64,000 bases of DNA from Auanema rhodensis (Eukaryota; Animalia; Nematoda). The notes beneath the pieces are model-generated. The model worked only from the letters and a program-made list of their open reading frames with translations. It was not told the DNA's origin and searched no databases. The stretch spans positions 6,386,001 to 6,450,000 of the forward strand of contig OZ059896.1 in assembly GCA_964057225.1 (NCBI GenBank). The letters run 5' to 3'. Each line of letters opens with the position of its first letter. Position 1 is the first letter of the stretch. A program made the position numbers and the translations under genes. Below, one piece after another: positions 1 to 15,000 of the stretch.

Positions 1-3000
1 GGAAAAAGGAGAATTCCTAGTCAAATCTGACTTGAAAATTCCGATTCTACACATCTGAATACCCAACCTCGAGGTGTTTTTGTTTTATTTTAGTTGATGA
101 TCTTGGAGTAAATAGCAGATTCACCGGGCACAACGTGCCTACAGCCTGAACTTTTTTGTGAACAAATCTTGTGAATTGGGTCGATATAAACCTTTTTTTC
201 AGAGAAAGGAGAATTCCTAGTCAAATCTTACTTGGAAATTCCGATTCTACACATCTGAATACCCAACCTCGAGGTGTTTTTGTTTTATTTTAGTTGATGA
301 TCTTGGAGTAAATAGCAGATTCACCGGGCACAACGTGCCTACAGCCTGAACTTTTTTGTGAACAAATCTTGTGAATTGGGTCGATATAAACCTTTTTTTT
401 CGGAAAAAGGAGAATTCCTAGCCAAATCTGACTTGGAAATTCCAATTCTACACATCTGAATACCCAACCTCGGGGTGTTTTTGTTTTATTTTAGTTGATG
501 ATCTTGGAGTAAATAGCAGATTCACCGGGCACAACGTGCCTACAGCCTGAACTTTTTTGTGAACAAATCTTGTGAATTGGGTCGATATAAACCTTTTTTT
601 CAGAGAAAGGAGAATTCCTAGTCAAATCTTACTTGGAAATTCCGATTCTACACATCTGAATACCCAACCTCGAGGTGTTTTTGTTTTATTTTAGTTGATG
701 ATCTTGGAGTAAATAGCAGATTCACCGGGCACAACGTGCCTACAGCCTGAACTTTTTTGTGAACAAATCTTGTGAATTGGGTCGATATAAACCTTTTTTT
801 TCGGAAAAAGGAGAATTCCTAGCCAAATCTGACTTGGAAATTCCAATTCTACACATCTGAATACCCAACCTCGGGGTGTTTTTGTTTTATTTTAGTTGAT
901 GATCTTGGAGTAAATAGCAGATTCACCGGGCACAACGTGCCTACAGCCTGAACTTTTTTGTGAACAAATCTTGTGAATTGGGTCGATATAAACCTTTTTT
1001 TTCGGAAAAAGGAGAATTCCTAGCCAAATCTGACTTGGAAATTCCAATTCTACACATCTGAATACCCAACCTCGGGGTGTTTTTGTTTTATTTTAGTTGA
1101 TGATCTTGGAGTAAATAGCAGATTCACCGGGCACAACGTGCCTACAGCCTGAACTTTTTTGTGAACAAATCTTGTGGATGGGGCCGATATAAACCTTTTT
1201 TTCGGAAAAAGGAGAATTCCTAGCCAAATCTGACTCGGAAATTCCGATTCTACACATCTGAATACCCAACCTCGGGGTGTTTTTGTTTTATTTTAGTTGA
1301 TGATCTTGGAGTAAATAGCAGATTCACCGGGCACAACGTGCCTACAGCCTGAACTTTTTTGTGAACAAATCTTGTGGATGGGGCCGATATAAACCTTTTT
1401 TTCGGAAAAAGGAGAATTCCTAGCCAAATCTGACTCGGAAATTCCGATTCTACACATCTGAATACCCAACCTCGGGGTGTTTTTGTTTTATTTTAGTTGA
1501 TGATCTTGGAGTAAATAGCAGATTCACCGGGCACAACGTGCCTACAGCCTGAACTTTTTTGTGAACAAATCTTGTGGATGGGGCCGATATAAACCTTTTT
1601 TTCGGAAAAAGGAGAATTCCTAGCCAAATCTGACTTGGAAATTCCAATTCTACACATCTGAATACCCAACCTCGAGGTGTTTTTGTTTTATTTTAGTTGA
1701 TGATCTTGGAGTAAATAGCAGATTCACCGGGCACAACGTGCCTACAGCCTGAACTTTTTTGTGAACAAATCTTGTGAATTGGGTCGATATAAACCTTTTT
1801 TTCGGAAACAGGAGAATTCCTAGTCAAATCTGACTTGGAAATTCCGATTCTACACATCTGAATACCCAACCTCGAGGTGTTTTTGTTTTATTTTAGTTGA
1901 TGATCTTGGAGTAAATAGCAGATTCACCGGGCACAACGTGCCTACAGCCTGAACTTTTTTATGAACAAATCTTGTGGATGGGGCCGATATAAACCTTTTT
2001 TTCGGAAAAAGGAGAATTCCTAGCCAAATCTGACTCGGAAAATCCGATTCTACACATCTGAATACCCAACCTCGAGGTGTTTTTGTTTTATTTTAGTTGA
2101 TGATCTTGGAGTAAATCGGACATTCACCGGGCACAACGTGCCTACAGCCTGAACTTTTTTATGAACAAATCTTGTGGATGGGGCCGATATAAACCTTTTT
2201 TTCGGAAAAAGGAGAATTCCTAGCCAAATCTGACTCGGAAAATCCGATTCTACACATCTGAATACCCAACCTCGGGATGTTTTTGTTTTATTTTAGTTGA
2301 TGATCTTGGAGTAAATCGGACATTCACCGGGCACAACGTGCCTACAGCCTGAACTTTTTTGTGAACAAATCTTGTGGATGGGGTCGATATAAACCTTTTT
2401 TTCAGAAAAAGGAGAATTCCTAGTCAAATCTGACTTGGAAATTACAATTCTACACATCTGAATACCCAACCTCGGGATGTTTTTGTTTTATTTTAGTTGA
2501 TGATCTTGGAGTAAATAGCAGATTCACCGGGCACAACGTGCCTACAGCCTGAACTTTTTTGTGAACAAATCTTGTGAATTGGGTCGATATAAACCTTTTT
2601 TTCGGAAACAGGAGAATTCCTAGTCAAATCTGACTTGGAAATTCCGATTCTACACATCTGAATACCCAACCTCGAGATGTTTTTGTTTTATTTTAGTTGA
2701 TGATCTTGGAGTAAATAGCAGATTCACCGGGCACAACGTGCCTACAGCCTGAACTTTTTTATGAACAAATCTTGTGGATGGGGCCGATATAAACCTTTTT
2801 TTCGGAAAAAGGAGAATTCCTAGCCAAATCTGACTCGGAAAATCCGATTCTACACATCTGAATACCCAACCTCGAGGTGTTTTTGTTTTATTTTAGTTGA
2901 TGATCTTGGAGTAAATCGGACATTCACCGGGCACAACGTGCCTACAGCCTGAACTTTTTTGTGAACAAATCTTGTGGATGGGGTCGATATAAACCTTTTT

Positions 3001-6000
3001 TTCAGAAAAAGGAGTATTCCTAGTCAAATCTGACTTGGAAATTCCAATTCTACACATCTGAATACCCAACCTCGGGATGTTTTTGTTTTATTTTAGTTGA
3101 TGATCTTGGAGTAAATCGGACATTCACCGGGCACAACGTGCCTACAGCCTGAACTTTTTTGTGAACAAATCTTGTGGATGGGGTCGATATAAACCTTTTT
3201 TTCAGAAAAAGGAGAATTCCTAGTCAAATCTGACTTGGAAATTCCGATTCTACACATCTGAATACCCAACCTCGAGGTGTTTTTGTTTTATTTTAGTTGA
3301 TGATCTTGGAGTAAATATCAGATTCACCGGGCACAACGTGCCTACAGCCTGAACTTTTTTGTGAACAAATCTTGTGGATGGGGCCGATATAAACCTTTTT
3401 TTCGGAAAAAGCAGAATTCCTAGTCAAATCTGACTTGGAAATTCCGATTCTACACATCTGAATACCCAACCTCGAGGTGTTTTTGTTTTATTTTAGTTGA
3501 TGATCTTGGAGTAAATCGGACATTCACCGGGCACAACGTGCCTACAGCCTGAACTTTTTTGTGAACAAATCTTGTGAATGGGGTCGATATAAACCTTTTT
3601 TTCGGAAAAAGGAGAATTCCTAGCCAAATCTGACTTGAAAATTCCGATTCTACACATCTGAATACCCAACCTCGGGGTGTTTTTGTTTTATTTTAGTTGA
3701 TGATCTTGAAGTAAATAGCAGATTCACCGGGCACAACGTGCCTACAGCCTGAACTTTTTTGTGAACAAATCTTGTGAATTGGGTCGATATAAACCTTTTT
3801 TTCAGAAAAAGGAGAATTCCTAGTCAAATCTGACTTGGAAATTCCGATTCTACACATCTGAATACCCAACCTCAAGGTGTTTTTGTTTTATTTTAGTTGA
3901 TGATCTTGGAGTAAATCGGACATTCACCGGGCACAACGTGCCTACAGCCTGAACTTTTTTGTGAACAAATCTTGTGGATGGGGCCGATATAAACCTTTTT
4001 TTCGGAAAAAGGAGAATTCCTAGTCAAATCTGACTTGAAAATTCCGATTCTACACATCTGAATACCCAATCTCGGGGTGTTTTTGTTTTATTTTAGTTGA
4101 TGATCTTGGAGTAAATCGGACATTCACCGGGCACAACGTGCCTACAGCCTGAACTTTTTTGTGAACAAATCTTGTGAATTGGGCCGATATAAACCTTTTT
4201 TTCGGAAAAAGGAGAATTCCTAGTCAAATCTGACTTGGAAATTCCGATTCTACACATCTGAATACCCAACCTCGAGGTGTTTTTGTTTTATTTTAGTTGA
4301 TGATCTTGGAGTAAATCGCAGATTCACCGGGCACAACGTGCCTACAGCCTGAACTTTTTTGTGAACAAATCTTGTGAATTGGGTCGATATAAACCTTTTT
4401 TTCGGAAAAAGGAGAATTCCTAGTCAAATCTGACTTGAAAATTCCGATTCTACACATCTGAATACCCAATCTCGGGGTGTTTTTGTTTTATTTTAGTTGA
4501 TGATCTTGGAGTAAATCGGACATTCACCGGGCACAACGTGCCTACAGCCTGAACTTTTTTGTGAACAAATCTTCTGAATTGGGTCGATATAAACCTTTTT
4601 TTTAGAAAAAGGAGAATTCCTAGTCAAATCTGACTTGGAAATTCCGATTCTACACATCTGAATACCCAACCTCGAGGTGTTTTTGTTTTATTTTAGTTGA
4701 TGATCTTGGAGTAAATCGGACATTCACCGGGCACAACGTGCCTACAGCCTGAACTTTTTTGTGAACAAATTTTGTGAATTGGGTCGATATAAACCTTTTT
4801 TTCAGAAAAAGGAGAATTCCCAGTCAAATCTGACTTGGAAATTCCGATTCTACACATCTGAATACCCAACCTCGGGGTGTTTTTGTTTTATTTTAGTTGA
4901 TGATCTTGGAGTAAATCGGACATTCACCGGGCACAACGTGCCTACAGCCTGAACTTTTTTGTGAACAAATCTTGTGAATTGGGTCGATATAAACCTTTTT
5001 TTCGGAAAAAGGAGAATTCCCAGTCAAATCTGACTTGGAAATTCCGATTCTACACATCTGAATACCCAACCTCGGGGTGTTTTTGTTTTATTTTAGTTGA
5101 TGATCTTGGAGTAAATCGGACATTCACCGGGCACAACGTGCCTACAGCCTGAACTTTTTTGTGAACAAATCTTGTGAATTGGGTCGATATAAACCTTTTT
5201 TTCAGAAAAAGGAGAATTCCCAGTCAAATCTGACTTGGAAATTCCGATTCTACACATCTGAATACCCAACCTCGGGGTGTTTTTGTTTTATTTTAGTTGA
5301 TGATCTTGGAGTAAATCGGACATTCACCGGGCACAACGTGCCTACAGCCTGAACTTTTTTATGAACAAATCTTGTGGATGGGGCCGATATAAACCTTTTT
5401 TTCGGAAACAGGAGAATTCCTAGTCAAATCTGACTTAGAAATTCCGATTCTACACATCTGAATACCCAACCTCGAGGTGTTTTTGTTTTATTTTAGCTGA
5501 TGATCTTGGAGTAAATCGCAGATTCACCGGGCACAACGTGCCTACAGCCTGAACTTTTTTGTGAACAAATCTTCTGAATTGGGTCGATATAAACCTTTTT
5601 TTCGGAAAAAGGAGAATTCCCAGTCAAATCTGACTTGGAAATTCCGATTCTACACATCTGAATACCCAACCTCGAGGTGTTTTTGTTTTATTTTAGCTGA
5701 TGATCTTGGAGTAAATCGCAGATTCACCGGGCACAACGTGCCTACAGCCTGAACTTTTTTGTGAACAAATCTTCTGAATTGGGTCGATATAAACCTTTTT
5801 TTCGGAAAAAGGAGAATTCCCAGTCAAATCTGACTTGGAAATTCCGATTCTACACATCTGAATACCCAACCTCGGGGTGTTTTTGTTTTATTTTAGTTGA
5901 TGATCTTGGAGTAAATCGGACATTCACCGGGCACAACGTGCCTACAGCCTGAACTTTTTTATGAACAAATCTTGTGGATGGGGCCGATATAAACCTTTTT

Positions 6001-9000
6001 TTCGGAAACAGGAGAATTCCTAGTCAAATCTGACTTAGAAATTCCGATTCTACACATCTGAATACCCAACCTCGGGGTGTTTTTGTTTTATTTTAGTTGA
6101 TGATCTTGGAGTAAATCGGACATTCACCGGGCACAACGTGCCTACAGCCTGAACTTTTTTATGAACAAATCTTGTGGATGGGGCCGATATAAACCTTTTT
6201 TTCGGAAACAGGAGAATTCCTAGTCAAATCTGACTTAGAAATTCCGATTCTACACATCTGAATACCCAACCTCGGGGTGTTTTTGTTTTATTTTAGTTGA
6301 TGATCTTGGAGTAAATCGGACATTCACCGGGCACAACGTGCCCACAGCCTGAACTTTTTTGTGAACAAATTTTGTGAATTGGGTCGATAAAAACCTTTTT
6401 TTCAGAAAAAGGAGAATTCCTAGTCAAATCTGACTTGGAAATTCCGATTCTACACATCTGAATACCCAACCTCGGGGTGTTTTTGTTTTATTTTAGTTGA
6501 TGATCTTGGAGTAAATCGGACATTCACCGGGCACAACGTGCCCACAGCCTGAACTTTTTTGTGAACAAATTTTGTGAATTGGGTCGATATAAACCTTTTT
6601 TTCAGAAAAAGGAGAATTCCCAGTCAAATCTGACTTGGAAATTCCGATTCTACACATCTGAATACCCAACCTCGGGGTGTTTTTGTTTTATTTTAGTTGA
6701 TGATCTTGGAGTAAATCGGACATTCACCGGGCACAACGTGCCTACAGCCTGAACTTTTTTGTGAACAAATCTTGTGAATTGGGTCGATATAAACCTTTTT
6801 TTCGGAAAAAGGAGAATTCCCAGTCAAATCTGACTTGGAAATTCCGATTCTACACATCTGAATACCCAACCTCGGGGTGTTTTTGTTTTATTTTAGTTGA
6901 TGATCTTGGAGTAAATCGGACATTCACCGGGCACAACGTGCCTACAGCCTGAACTTTTTTGTGAACAAATCTTGTGAATTGGGTCGATATAAACCTTTTT
7001 TTCAGAAAAAGGAGAATTCCCAGTCAAATCTGACTTGGAAATTCCGATTCTACACATCTGAATACCCAACCTCGGGGTGTTTTTGTTTTATTTTAGTTGA
7101 TGATCTTGGAGTAAATCGGACATTCACCGGGCACAACGTGCCTACAGCCTGAACTTTTTTGTGAACAAATCTTGTGAATTGGGTCGATATAAACCTTTTT
7201 TTCGGAAAAAGGAGAATTTCTAGTCAAATCTGACTTGGAAATTCCGATTCTACACATCTGAATACCCAACCTCGGGGTGTTTTTGTTTTATTTTAGTTGA
7301 TGATCTTGGAGTAAATCGGACATTCACCGGGCACAACGTGCCTACAGCCTGAACTTTTTTATGAACAAATCTTGTGGATGGGGCCGATATAAACCTTTTT
7401 TTCGGAAACAGGAGAATTCCTAGTCAAATCTGACTTAGAAATTCCGATTCTACACATCTGAATACCCAACCTCGAGGTGTTTTTGTTTTATTTTAGCTGA
7501 TGATCTTGGAGTAAATCGCAGATTCACCGGGCACAACGTGCCTACAGCCTGAACTTTTTTGTGAACAAATCTTGTGAATTGGGTCGATATAAACCTTTTT
7601 TTCGGAAACAGGAGAATTCCTAGTCAAATCTGACTTAGAAATTCCGATTCTACACATCTGAATACCCAACCTCGGGGTGTTTTTGTTTTATTTTAGTTGA
7701 TGATCTTGGAGTAAATCGCAGATTCCCCGGGCACAACGTGCCTACAGCCTGAACTTTTTTGTGAACAAATCTTGTGAATTGGGTCGATATAAACCTTTTT
7801 TTCGGAAACAGGAGAATTCCTAGTCAAATCTGACTTAGAAATTCCGATTCTACACATCTGAATACCCAACCTCGAGGTGTTTTTGTTTTATTTTAGCTGA
7901 TGATCTTGGAGTAAATCGGACATTCACCGGGCACAACGTGCCTACAGCCTGAACTTTTTTGTGAACAAATTTTGTGAATTGGGTCGATATAAACCTTTTT
8001 TTCAGAAAAAGGAGAATTCCCAGTCAAATCTGACTTGGAAATTCCGATTCTACACATCTGAATACCCAACCTCGGGGTGTTTTTGTTTTATTTTAGTTGA
8101 TGATCTTGGAGTAAATCGGACATTCACCGGGCACAACGTGCCTACAGCCTGAACTTTTTTGTGAACAAATTTTGTGAATTGGGTCGATATAAACCTTTTT
8201 TTCAGAAAAAGGAGAATTCCCAGTCAAATCTGACTTGGAAATTCCGATTCTACACATCTGAATACCCAACCTCGGGGTGTTTTTGTTTTATTTTAGTTGA
8301 TGATCTTGGAGTAAATCGGACATTCACCGGGCACAACGTGCCTACAGCCTGAACTTTTTTGTGAACAAATCTTGTGAATTGGGTCGATATAAACCTTTTT
8401 TTCGGAAAAAGGAGAATTCCTAGTCAAATCTGACTTGGAAATTCCGATTCTACACATCTGAATACCCAACCTCGGGGTGTTTTTGTTTTATTTTAGTTGA
8501 TGATCTTGGAGTAAATCGGACATTCACCGGGCACAACGTGCCTACAGCCTGAACTTTTTTATGAACAAATCTTGTGGATGGGGCCGATATAAACCTTTTT
8601 TTCGGAAACAGGAGAATTCCTAGTCAAATCTGACTTAGAAATTCCGATTCTACACATCTGAATACCCAACCTCGGGGTGTTTTTGTTTTATTTTAGTTGA
8701 TGATCTTGGAGTAAATCGCAGATTCCCCGGGCACAACGTGCCTACAGCCTGAACTTTTTTGTGAACAAATCTTGTGAATTGGGTCGATATAAACCTTTTT
8801 TTCGGAAACAGGAGAATTCCTAGTCAAATCTGACTTAGAAATTCCGATTCTACACATCTGAATACCCAACCTCGAGGTGTTTTTGTTTTATTTTAGCTGA
8901 TGATCTTGGAGTAAATAGCAGATTCACCGGGCACAACGTGCCTACAGCTTGAACTTTTTTGTGAACAAATCTTCTGAATTGGGTCGATATAAACCTTTTT

Positions 9001-12000
9001 TTCAGAAAAAGGAGAATTCCTAGCCAAATCTGACTCGGAAAATCCGATTCTACACATCTGAATACCCAACCTCGAGGTGTTTTTGTTTTATTTTAGTTGA
9101 TGATCTTGGAGTAAATCGGACATTCACCGAGCACAACGTGCCTACAGCCTGAACTTTTTTGTGAACAAATCTTGTGAATGGGGTCGATATAAACCTTTTT
9201 TCGGAAAAAGGAGAATTCCTAGTCAAATCTGACTTGGAAATTCCGATTCTACACATCTGAATACCCAAACTCAAGGTGTGTTTGTTTTATTTTAGTTGAT
9301 GATCTTGGAGTAAATAGCAGATTCACCGGGCACAACGTGCCTACAGCCTGAACTTTTTTGTGAACAAATCTTGTGAATGGGGTCGATATAAACCTTTTTT
9401 TCGGAAAAAGGAGAATTCCTAGTCAAATCTGACTTGGAAATTCCGATTCTACACATCTGAATACCCAAACTCAAGGTGTTTTTGTTTTATTTTAGTTGAT
9501 GATCTTGGAGTAAATCGGACATTCACCGGGCACAACGTGCCTACAGCCTGAACTTTTTTGTGAACAAATCTTCTGAATTGGGTCGATATAAACCTTTTTT
9601 TCGGAAAAAGGAGAGTTTCTAGCCAAATCTGACTCGGAAATTCCGATTCTACACATCTGAATACCCAATCTCGGGGTGTTTTTGTTTTATTTTAGTTGAT
9701 GATCTTGGAGTAAATCGGACATTCACCGGGCACAACGTGCCTACAGCCTGAACTTTTTTGTGAACAAATCTTCTGAATTGGGTCGATATAAACCTTTTTT
9801 TCGGAAAAAGGAGAGTTTCTAGCCAAATCTGACTCGGAAATTCCGATTCTACACATCTGAATACCCAAACTCAAGGTGTGTTTGTTTTATTTTAGTTGAT
9901 GATCTTGGAGTAAATCGGACATTCACCGAGCACAACGTGCCTACAGCCTGAACTTTTTTGTGAACAAATCTTGTGAATGGGGTCGATATAAACCTTTTTT
10001 CGGAAAAAGGAGAATTCCTAGTCAAATCTGACTTGGAAATTCCGATTCTACACATCTGAATACCCAAACTCAAGGTGTTTTTGTTTTATTTTAGTTGATG
10101 ATCTTGGAGTAAATCGGACATTCACCGAGCACAACGTGCCTACAGCCTGAACTTTTTTGTGAACAAATCTTGTGAATGGGGTCGATATAAACCTTTTTTC
10201 GGAAAAAGGAGAATTCCTAGTCAAATCTGACTTGGAAATTCCGATTCTACACATCTGAATACCCAAACTCAAGGTGTGTTTGTTTTATTTTAGTTGATGA
10301 TCTTGGAGTAAATAGCAGATTCACCGGGCACAACGTGCCTACAGCCTGAACTTTTTTGTGAACAAATCTTGTGAATGGGGTCGATATAAACCTTTTTTTC
10401 GGAAAAAGGAGAATTCCTAGTCAAATCTGACTTGGAAATTCCGATTCTACACATCTGAATACCCAAACTCAAGGTGTGTTTGTTTTATTTTAGTTGATGA
10501 TCTTGGAGTAAATCGGACATTCACCGAGCACAACGTGCCTACAGCCTGAACTTTTTTGTGAACAAATCTTGTGAATGGGGTCGATATAAACCTTTTTTTC
10601 GGAAAAAGGAGAATTCCTAGTCAAATCTGACTTGGAAATTCCGATTCTACACATCTGAATACCCAAACTCAAGGTGTGTTTGTTTTATTTTAGTTGATGA
10701 TCTTGGAGTAAATCGGACATTCACCGAGCACAACGTGCCTACAGCCTGAACTTTTTTGTGAACAAATCTTGTGAATGGGGTCGATATAAACCTTTTTTTC
10801 GGAAAAAGGAGAATTCCTAGCCAAATCTGACTTGAAAATTCCGATTCTACACATCTGAATACCCAACCTCGGGGTGTTTTTGTTTTATTTTAGTTGATGA
10901 TCTTGAAGTAAATAGCAGATTCACCGGGCACAACGTGCCTACAGCCTGAACTTTTTTGTGAACAAATCTTGTGAATTGGGTCGATATAAACCTTTTTTTC
11001 AGAAAAAGGAGAATTCCTAGTCAAATCTGACTTGGAAATTCCGATTCTACACATCTGAATACCCAACCTCAAGGTGTTTTTGTTTTATTTTAGTTGATGA
11101 TCTTGGAGTAAATCGGACATTCACCGGGCACAACGTGCCTACAGCCTGAACTTTTTTGTGAACAAATCTTGTGAAATGGGTCGATATAAACCTTTTTTTC
11201 AGAAAAAGGAGAATTCCTAGTCAAATCTGACTTGGAAATTCCGATTCTACACATCTGAATACCCAACCTCAAGGTGTTTTTGTTTTATTTTAGTTGATGA
11301 TCTTGGAGTAAATCGGACATTCACCGGGCACAACGTGCCTACAGCCTGAACTTTTTTGTGAACAAATCTTGTGAATTGGGTCGATATAAACCTTTTTTTC
11401 AGAAAAAGGAGAATTCCTAGTCAAATCTGACTTGGAAATTCCGATTCTACACATCTGAATACCCAACATCGGGGTGTTTTTGTTTTATTTTAGTTGATGA
11501 TCTTGGAGTAAATCGGACATTCACCGGGCACAACGTGCCTACAGCCTGAACTTTTTTATGAACAAATCTTGTGGATGGGGCCGATATAAACCTTTTTTTC
11601 GGAAAAAGGAGAATTCCTAGCCAAATCTGACTTGAAAATTCCGATTCTACACATCTGAATACCCAACCTCGGGGTGTTTTTGTTTTATTTTAGTTGATGA
11701 TCTTGGAGTAAATAGCAGATTCACCGGGCACAACGTGCCTACAGCTTGAACTTTTTTGTGAACAAATCTTCTGAATTGGGTCGATATAAACCTTTTTTTC
11801 AGAAAAAGGAGAATTCCTAGCCAAATCTGACTCGGAAAATCCGATTCTACACATCTGAATACCCAAACTCAAGGTGTGTTTGTTTTATTTTAGTTGATGA
11901 TCTTGGAGTAAATCGGACATTCACCGAGCACAACGTGCCTACAGCCTGAACTTTTTTGTGAACAAATCTTGTGAATGGGGTCGATATAAACCTTTTTTTC

Positions 12001-15000
12001 GGAAAAAGGAGAATTCCTAGCCAAATCTGACTCGGAAAATCCGATTCTACACATCTGAATACCCAAACTCAAGATGTGTTTGTTTTATTTTAGTTGATGA
12101 TCTTGGAGTAAATAGCAGATTCACCGGGCACAACGTGCCTACAGCCTGAACTTTTTTGTGAACAAATCTTGTGAATGGGGTCGATATAAACCTTTTTTTC
12201 GGAAAAAGGAGAATTCCTAGCCAAATCTGACTTGAAAATTCCGATTCTACACATCTGAATACCCAACCTCGGGGTGTTTTTGTTTTATTTTAGTTGATGA
12301 TCTTGGAGTAAATAGCAGATTCACCGGGCACAACGTGCCTACAGCTTGAACTTTTTTGTGAACAAATCTTCTGAATTGGGTCGATATAAACCTTTTTTTC
12401 AGAAAAAGGAGAATTCCTAGCCAAATCTGACTCGGAAAATCCGATTCTACACATCTGAATACCCAACCTCGGGGTGTTTTTGTTTTATTTTAGTTGATGA
12501 TCTTGGAGTAAATAGCAGATTCACCGGGCACAACGTGCCTACAGCCTGAACTTTTTTGTGAACAAATCTTGTGAATGGGGTCGATATAAACCTTTTTTTC
12601 GGAAAAAGGAGAATTCCTAGCCAAATCTGACTCGGAAAATCCGATTCTACACATCTGAATACCCAAACTCAAGGTGTGTTTGTTTTATTTTAGTTGATGA
12701 TCTTGGAGTAAATAGCAGATTCACCGGGCACAACGTGCCTACAGCCTGAACTTTTTTGTGAACAAATCTTGTGAATGGGGTCGATATAAACCTTTTTTTC
12801 GGAAAAAGGAGAATTCCTAGCCAAATCTGACTCGGAAATTCCGATTCTACACATCTGAATACCCAACCTCGGGGTGTTTTTGTTTTATTTTAGTTGATGA
12901 TCTTGGAGTAAATAGCAGATTCACCGGGCACAACGTGCCTACAGCTTGAACTTTTTTGTGAACAAATCTTCTGAATTGGGTCGATATAAACCTTTTTTTC
13001 AGAAAAAGGAGAATTCCTAGCCAAATCTGACTCGGAAAATCCGATTCTACACATCTGAATACCCAACCTCGGGGTGTTTTTGTTTTATTTTAGTTGATGA
13101 TCTTGGAGTAAATCGGACATTCACCGAGCACAACGTGCCTACAGCCTGAACTTTTTTGTGAACAAATCTTGTGAATGGGGTCGATATAAACCTTTTTTCG
13201 GAAAAAGGAGAATTCCTAGTCAAATCTGACTTGGAAATTCCGATTCTACACATCTGAATACCCAAACTCAAGGTGTGTTTGTTTTATTTTAGTTGATGAT
13301 CTTGGAGTAAATCGGACATTCACCGAGCACAACGTGCCTACAGCCTGAACTTTTTTGTGAACAAATCTTGTGAATGGGGTCGATATAAACCTTTTTTTCG
13401 GAAAAAGGAGAATTCCTAGTCAAATCTGACTTGGAAATTCCGATTCTACACATCTGAATACCCAAACTCAAGGTGTGTTTGTTTTATTTTAGTTGATGAT
13501 CTTGGAGTAAATCGGACATTCACCGAGCACAACGTGCCTACAGCCTGAACTTTTTTGTGAACAAATCTTGTGAATGGGGTCGATATAAACCTTTTTTTCG
13601 GAAAAAGGAGAATTCCTAGTCAAATCTGACTTGGAAATTCCGATTCTACACATCTGAATACCCAAACTCAAGGTGTGTTTGTTTTATTTTAGTTGATGAT
13701 CTTGGAGTAAATAGCAGATTCACCGGGCACAACGTGCCTACAGCCTGAACTTTTTTGTGAACAAATCTTGTGAATGGGGTCGATATAAACCTTTTTTTCG
13801 GAAAAAGGAGAATTCCTAGTCAAATCTGACTTGGAAATTCCGATTCTACACATCTGAATACCCAAACTCAAGGTGTGTTTGTTTTATTTTAGTTGATGAT
13901 CTTGGAGTAAATCGGACATTCACCGAGCACAACGTGCCTACAGCCTGAACTTTTTTGTGAACAAATCTTGTGAATGGGGTCGATATAAACCTTTTTTTCG
14001 GAAAAAGGAGAATTCCTAGTCAAATCTGACTTGGAAATTCCGATTCTACACATCTGAATACCCAAACTCAAGGTGTGTTTGTTTTATTTTAGTTGATGAT
14101 CTTGGAGTAAATCGGACATTCACCGAGCACAACGTGCCTACAGCCTGAACTTTTTTGTGAACAAATCTTGTGAATGGGGTCGATATAAACCTTTTTTTCG
14201 GAAAAAGGAGAATTCCTAGTCAAATCTGACTTGGAAATTCCGATTCTACACATCTGAATACCCAACCTCAAGGTGTTTTTGTTTTATTTTAGTTGATGAT
14301 CTTGGAGTAAATCGAACATTTACCGAGCACAACGTGCCTACAGCCTGAACTTTTTTGTGAACAAATCTTGTGAATTGGGTCGATATAAACCTTTTTTTCG
14401 GAAAAAGGAGAATTCCTAGCCAAATTTGAATCGGAAATTCTGATTCTACACATCTGAATACCCAACCTCGACGTGTTTTTGTTTTATTTTAGTTGATGAT
14501 CTTGGAGTAAATCGAACATTTACCGAGCACAACGTGCCTACAGCCTGAACTTTTTTGTGAACAAATCTTGTGAATTGGGTCGATATAAACCTTTTTTTCG
14601 GAAAAAGGAGAATTCCTAGCCAAATTTGAATCGGAAATTCTGATTCTACACATCTGAATACCCAACCTCGACGTGTTTTTGTTTTATTTTAGTTGATGAT
14701 CTTGGAGTAAATCGCAGATTCACCGGGCACAACGTGCCTACAGCCTGAACTTTTTTGTGAACAAATTTTGTGGATGGGGTCGATATAAACCTTTTTTTCG
14801 GAAAAAGGAGAATTCCTAGCCAAATCTGAATCGGAAATTCCGATTCTACACATCTGAATACCCAAACTCAAGGTGTTTTTGTTTTATTTTAGTTGATGAT
14901 CTTGGAGTAAATCGAACATTTACCGAGCACAACGTGCCTACAGCCTGAACTTTTTTGTGAACAAATCTTGTGAATTGGGTCGATATAAACCTTTTTTTCG

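Noticed and set aside
95-149. TGATGA...CTGA in each monomer suggesting a C/D snoRNA array
   Set aside because: Only ~55 nt, non-canonical terminal stem geometry, no rRNA guide recognised, and box D is mutated in several copies. 5S rRNA and tRNA signatures are also absent from the monomer.
168-192. Minus-strand GGTTTATATCGACCCAATTCACAAG resembles a spliced leader (SL2-like GGTTT..ACCCA..CAAG)
   Set aside because: It is 25 nt rather than ~22, is followed by AT instead of the GT donor, and has no Sm site downstream on that strand. An Rfam SL search would settle it.
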